From the NCBI RefSeq assembly GCF_009914755.1, contig NC_060930.1: a DNA stretch of 64,000 nucleotides, one strand, 5' to 3'. The notes under the pieces are model-generated. The model saw nothing but the letters and a program-made list of their open reading frames with translations. It searched no databases and had not been told where the DNA came from. The translations under genes and the position numbers were made by a program. This stretch comes from the human T2T-CHM13v2.0 reference genome, Homo sapiens. This document shows, in pieces, positions 57,490 to 64,000 of this stretch. Numbering within the stretch: position 1 is the stretch's first letter; each line of letters starts with the position of its first letter.

Positions 57490-58015
57490 TGTTTTAATTT
57501 AGGGTCTTCAAGATGAAGGGCATCCCCCAATGATTAGGAGAGGCACAAGATAGAAATACAGATTTTATTACCTACAGGCCCTGGGAGTACACAGCAATCC
57601 TGGAGGTCACACACAGGATGGTCAGGGAGCTTGAAGGTCAGGAATTGTGAAGGGAGAGAGAGAGATTGAGACCTACCTAGAGACCCATGGGCCTTCATGG
57701 GGTCCAAACAGGTTTCCCCCAGGGAGGTTTAATTGGTTCCAGGAGGTCACACTGTGACTGCACAGCCCATGTGGGGTGTGGGGATCGGGGCCAGTGAAGT
57801 AGGCTGTGTGTAGCTTTCCCATGGGGAGGTGGTTGCCAGGAGGAAGTTGTCTAAGGCAGGTATCTGTATTAGTCATGTTGAGGAACTGGGAGGAGGTGTA
57901 GAACTGCACCCTCTGCCATGTCCAGGGTGACAGAGCCCTGCTTCTGCTACGACAAGGTCCCACTTATCTTCAAAGTGCATGCTGAGGCAACATAAAATGA
58001 TAAGAATTTACTACA
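57490..58015 (-). mobile_element. MER54/MER73-like ERVL solo LTR, TSD CTGTG
   Basis: Minus strand starts TGTAGTAAATTCTTATCATTTTATGTTGCCTC…agaagcagggctc; TG…CA ends with CTGTG on both sides. Confidence 0.8.
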
Positions 58016-58608
58016 CTGTGACTTTTAAACTATCATCTCAATGGTTTGGCATGATTCAATATTTTCTATTTTAACTTTTTATTTATAAAAATTTTAAACA
58101 TGGACAAAAGTAGAACAGCACAGTGACACTCCCCTGTGTACTCATCACCCACCTCCACAGTGATCCTGGCCCGTTTTGTTTCCTCTAGCCTCCCCTCCCC
58201 TATTTTCCCCTTTCCTCATTATTTTGAAGCAAATTCCAGACATCGTTTCATGATAAGTATTTTAATATATATCTCCAAAACTGTAGACTTAAATAACTGT
58301 AATTCCTGTTATACTTAAAAATTCAGAATACATTCTTAATATCTTCAAATATCCAGTCTGTTGGTAGGCAGTGTAAACATATTCATAAATTAAGTTTGCT
58401 GTATCTATTAAGTTGCTTGATAGTATTAAGGTGAGAACAGTGCCATCTCTTACTGGTTGACATTTGTATGAGTCTGCCCATGTTAATGTAAAACAGATTT
58501 GCCACAGGTAATGTGACCATACAGGTAACATAATCTAACAGTTAAAAAATATATGCATGTCTTGCTTTTATCTTGTTGACTCCAGTGCTCTTATCAAAAT
58601 CCTCATGA

Positions 58609-59332
58609 TGCAACTGCCCAATGGGTTCACCATGACCACTGCCTAGACAGAATCGATTTATCAAGACAGGGGGATTGCAATGGAGTAAGAGTAATTCACG
58701 TAGAGCTGGCTGTGCGGGAGACCTGAGTTTGTTAGTCAGTCTCCCCGAGCATTTGGGGATTGGAGTTTTTAAAGATAATTTGGTGTTTTTAAAGATAATT
58801 TGGTGGGTAGGGGCTTGGGAAGTGGGGAGTGCTGATTGGTCAGGTTGCAGATGGAATCTTAAGGGGTTGAAGTTAGGTTTTCTTAATGTCTTCTGTTCCT
58901 GGGTTGGATGGCAGAACTGGTTGGGCCAGGTTACTGGTCTGAGTCCATCAAGTGCAGGGTCTGCAAATATCTTAATCACTGATCTTAGGTTTTACAATAG
59001 TGATGTTATCCCCAGGAGCAATTTGGGGAGGTTCAGACTCTTGGAGCCAGAGGCTACATGACCCCGAAATTGTAATTTCTTGTAGTTATTTTGTTAGTCC
59101 TGCAAAGGCAGACTGGACCCCAGACAAGAAGGGGGTCTTTTCAGGAAAGGGCTGTTACCAATTTTGTTTCAGAGTCAAACCATGGATCAAATTCTTTCCC
59201 AAAGTTAGTTCTGGCCTGTGCTCAGGAATGAACAAGGACAGCTTAAAGGTTACAAGCAAGATAGAGTTGGTTAGGTCTGATTTCTTTCAGTGTCATCATT
59301 TCCTCAATTATAATTTTGCAAAGGTGGTTTCA
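58609..59332 (-). mobile_element. LTR8-family (ERV1) solo LTR
   Basis: Minus strand TGAAACCACCTTTGCAAAATTAT… to …gaacccattgggcagttgca; 4-bp TSD ATGA/AGGA. Confidence 0.88.
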
Positions 59333-59444
59333 AGGAGATGAAGCCTTCTAAGCCTTTCTGTACAGCTTAGGTGGTGCCAGCAATGGGAGGATGCTTAGGA
59401 CAAGGGTTGAAGAATTGACGAAAATGAAAATTGAAAAGGAAATA

Positions 59445-59832
59445 TAGCTGACCCTTGAACAATGTGGGGGTTAGGAGCACCGACCGCCTGCCCAGTTGAA
59501 AATTAAAGTATAACTTTCGACTCCCCCAAAACTTAACTACTAATAGCCTGCTGTTGACTGGAAGCCTTATAAAGCAAACAGTTAACACATATTTTGTATG
59601 TTATATGTATTACATACGGTATTCTTACAGTAAATTAAGCTAAAGAAAATGTTATTGAGAAAATCATAAGGAAGAGAAAATATATTTACTACTAAGTGGA
59701 AGTAGAGCATTAGGCCTTCATCCTCATTGTCTTCACATTGAGTAGGTGGAGGAAAAGGAGGGTGGAGTGGCAGAAATAGAAGAAACGGTGCATGTAAAGT
59801 GGACCAGACCTGTGTTGTTCAAAGGTTAACTG
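59445..59832 (+). mobile_element. Tigger2a/MER28-like Tc1-mariner element
   Basis: TIRs tagctgacccttgaacaa / ttgttcaaaggttaactg with TA on both sides. Confidence 0.88.
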
Positions 59833-60082
59833 TACTGATTATCTTATTTTAACTTAAAATGTATAATGTGCATTTACTCACCAATCCTTTGATAGACAGA
59901 CAGCTATGGTCTTTGTGTACTTCTGATTGCAGTGCTAAGTGATCCATTTTGCATAATCCATACTCAATTCATTGCAATTCTAATTTTTTGTTTCTTTTAG
60001 AAGAGCTTAAATAGTTTGAAGACAATTTCAAAGCATCGTGAGTACAGAATTCTAGATTTTAAAAAATTATTTCCCATTTGTC

Positions 60083-61594
<1,512 letters not shown>

Positions 61595-62948
61595 CCATTT
61601 GTCTTAACTGTTGTCTCACTTACACTTATTTTGACAGTAAACTTTTTAGCCATCTACTTACATTTCTTGGAAACAATTACTCTTTTTTGAACTCATGTTT
61701 CATTAGCTATGTAATAATTCAGTTGCATAGCTATAGTAACTTACTGTAATCACAACTGGTTCATGGTAAGTATATGATTCAGATGGTGGGGTCAGAATTT
61801 CCTGTGTATACTAGAGAGTATCCTGCAAAATGCAGGAGTTCAACATGCCACATACTTTATACAAAGCATAGACGGCATTGGTGAATCTGGTAAATTGATT
61901 GTGTAGCATACAGGCTGTGTGATACTCTCCCATTAGTCATAGTTTTGAGATTTATGGCTGGTTCCTGTGGTTGCTTAGGTTGGAGTATGGTTCTTGTGAA
62001 CCGAATATTGGACTTTGAAAAGAATTGATAGTAGATGCTGAATTTGGTATTGTTTTGTTCTTTACTCTTATAACTTGATTGACTCCCTTAATAAATCAGT
62101 ATCCTAGTGCCATATCATAATTTACAAAATGATCAGAGGTGCTTTTGTAACACTTTCAGTGTTATTGATTTGCAAGAAGGATCAGCTGGAAGGCACAAAG
62201 GATCCTGGCAAAATTCTGGTGAGAGGCGCCCGTCCTGCTGTGCAGGTGTCTCTTACGGCCCTCCTGATGAGATTGTCTTCGGCTTCTCTGCCTTCGCATC
62301 TGATGCATCCCTCACTTGGTCACCTTTTCCCCTCTGTCAGCTGCTGTTAGGCAAAATCTCTTCCTTTGTCCAAGTATGATTCATTCTTCCATTTTTATGT
62401 AATAAACTTTAAGTTAGCTCTTCAAATTTTATTTTATTTTTCCAACTTAACTCTCTTTGGCAGTCTTATTTTACCATATCCTTAAGCCTACATTTGTGCT
62501 GCATTAAAAGCCAGCTGTAGTTCTGTGGTGAGGTTTATGTTAGCTCTGTGAATCTAGAAAAGAAATTGCCCTGAAGAGGAACTGCTGATAAAAATAAATC
62601 ATAGTTAAGAATACTGGCCTCAGGCCAAGTATGGCTTAAAGCAGAGACCCATATTCCTCATGTAACCTAGTTGTATATGTATTTATGTCGATGACCTTAA
62701 GGGGAAGTATCATTTTGAGTAGCTTAAAGATCAGTATGTTTCACTTTAGTAATGTTCTTTACATACTTTGATATAAAGTATTTAAATTCTTTAAAAAGGC
62801 CCAGAGACTTGCAGATCATCTAGGCTGACCCTGTCATTTTTCATGTGTGAAAGCTGAGAGCTGGGAAATAAGTATTCAGTGTCTTTCACCTTACACAATA
62901 ATTCATGGTTATGATGGTGACCTTGAGTCATAAGAAAAGGTTCTTCTT

Positions 62949-63235
62949 GGCGGAGTGTGGTGGCTCACACCTGTAATCCCAGCACTTTGGGAGGCCAAGG
63001 CAGGCGGATCACTTGAGGCCAGGAGTTTGAGACCAGCCTAGCCAACGTGGCGAAACCTCATCTCAACTAAAAATACAAAAATTTGCTGGGCATGGTGACG
63101 TGTGCCTGCAGTCCCAGCTACTTGGGAGGCTGAGGGATGAGAATCACTTGAACCTGGGAAGTGGAGAAGTGAGCCCAGGTAGCACTACTACACACCAGCC
63201 TGGGCAACAGAGCAAGGCTCCATCTCAAAAAAAAG
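62949..63235 (+). mobile_element. Alu (AluS)
   Basis: Full dimer with short A tail. Confidence 0.92.
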
Positions 63236-63293
63236 ATTATTCTTAATTATACTTTCAGAGTAAGCTTTTTATGAAACTAGGAGAGTCTGCAGG

Positions 63294-63586
63294 TTTTTGT
63301 TTTTGAGACAGGGTCTGGCTCTGTCTCCCAAGCTAGAATGCAGTAGCATGATACCAGCTCACTGCAGCTTCCACCTCTTGGGCTCAGGTGATCCTCCTAC
63401 CTCAGCCTCCAAGTTAGCTGAGACCACAGGTGTGCACCACACTGCTTGGCTAATTTTTGTATTTTTGGTAGAGATGGGGTTTTGCCATGTTGCCCAGACT
63501 GGTCTTGAACTCCTGAGCTCAAGCGATCTGCCCACCTCCACCTCCCAAAATGCTAGAATCACAGTTGTGAGCCACTGCGCCCAGCC
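63294..63586 (-). mobile_element. Alu (AluJ)
   Basis: Reverse dimer. Confidence 0.92.
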
Positions 63587-64000
63587 TTGTAGTACTTATT
63601 TTAAAAAGACCAAGAAAAATGATGAGGCTAAAGTTTTCCTGATGGTGTAGATCTTTGGAAAAGCTGAATAACCCAAATGCTATATATTCTATAGGAGTTT
63701 TCTTTCTGAAAAATATATATTTTTAAATTTCATCCATTTCGATTGTTGAGTTTTTGGGACTAAAGTGGCAAGCAGGAATGTGGGGAGGCCTTGCTGGGAA
63801 GGAGCCAGGCTATGTATATCTGTGCTGATGGATTAATAATTTCCACGTGGGCCCAGGAAGGAGGGAGGAAGCTTCATCATAGGTTACACGTCGTCTATTC
63901 TGGTTTTAGTAGTGCTAAAATCCTGTAACATATTTTTCAGTATATTTTACTTGTCGGTTGTGTAAATACTCCTTTTCATCTCTGAATGCTAATTTATTTG

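Overview
Primate (most likely human) genomic DNA, repeat-rich. The only protein-coding sequence I can support is a 12-nt first coding segment (ATG GCC ACC AAG = Met-Ala-Thr-Lys, then a GTGAGG donor) at 39367-39378 inside a ~1.4 kb CpG island. The 5' UTR and MATK start match my recollection of SNX9 (sorting nexin 9, 6q25.3). On that reading 1-38500 is upstream intergenic DNA and 39379-64000 is the first part of a long intron 1; exon 2 is not in the window. The rest is mostly Alu, L1, MIR, MaLR/ERVL/ERV1 LTRs and MER DNA transposons, many with readable target-site duplications (TSDs) and several nested. Repeat subfamily names are recognised from memory and need Dfam/RepeatMasker confirmation. 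Almost all ORF-track entries are repeat-derived or GC-content artefacts. I see no new multi-gene system. The best leads are (1) a recursive-splicing-type site (polypyrimidine-CAG|GTAAG) in intron 1, (2) a ~1 kb AT-rich 29-bp minisatellite whose unit is a hairpin, (3) an AATAAA at the CpG-island edge next to the stop of a 217-codon read-through ORF with a hydrophobic tail, (4) a promoter (GGC)7 repeat inside poly-Ala/poly-Gly upstream ORFs, and (5) LTR-borne promoter, DUX4, AP-1 and CTCF motifs plus several small rearrangement scars.
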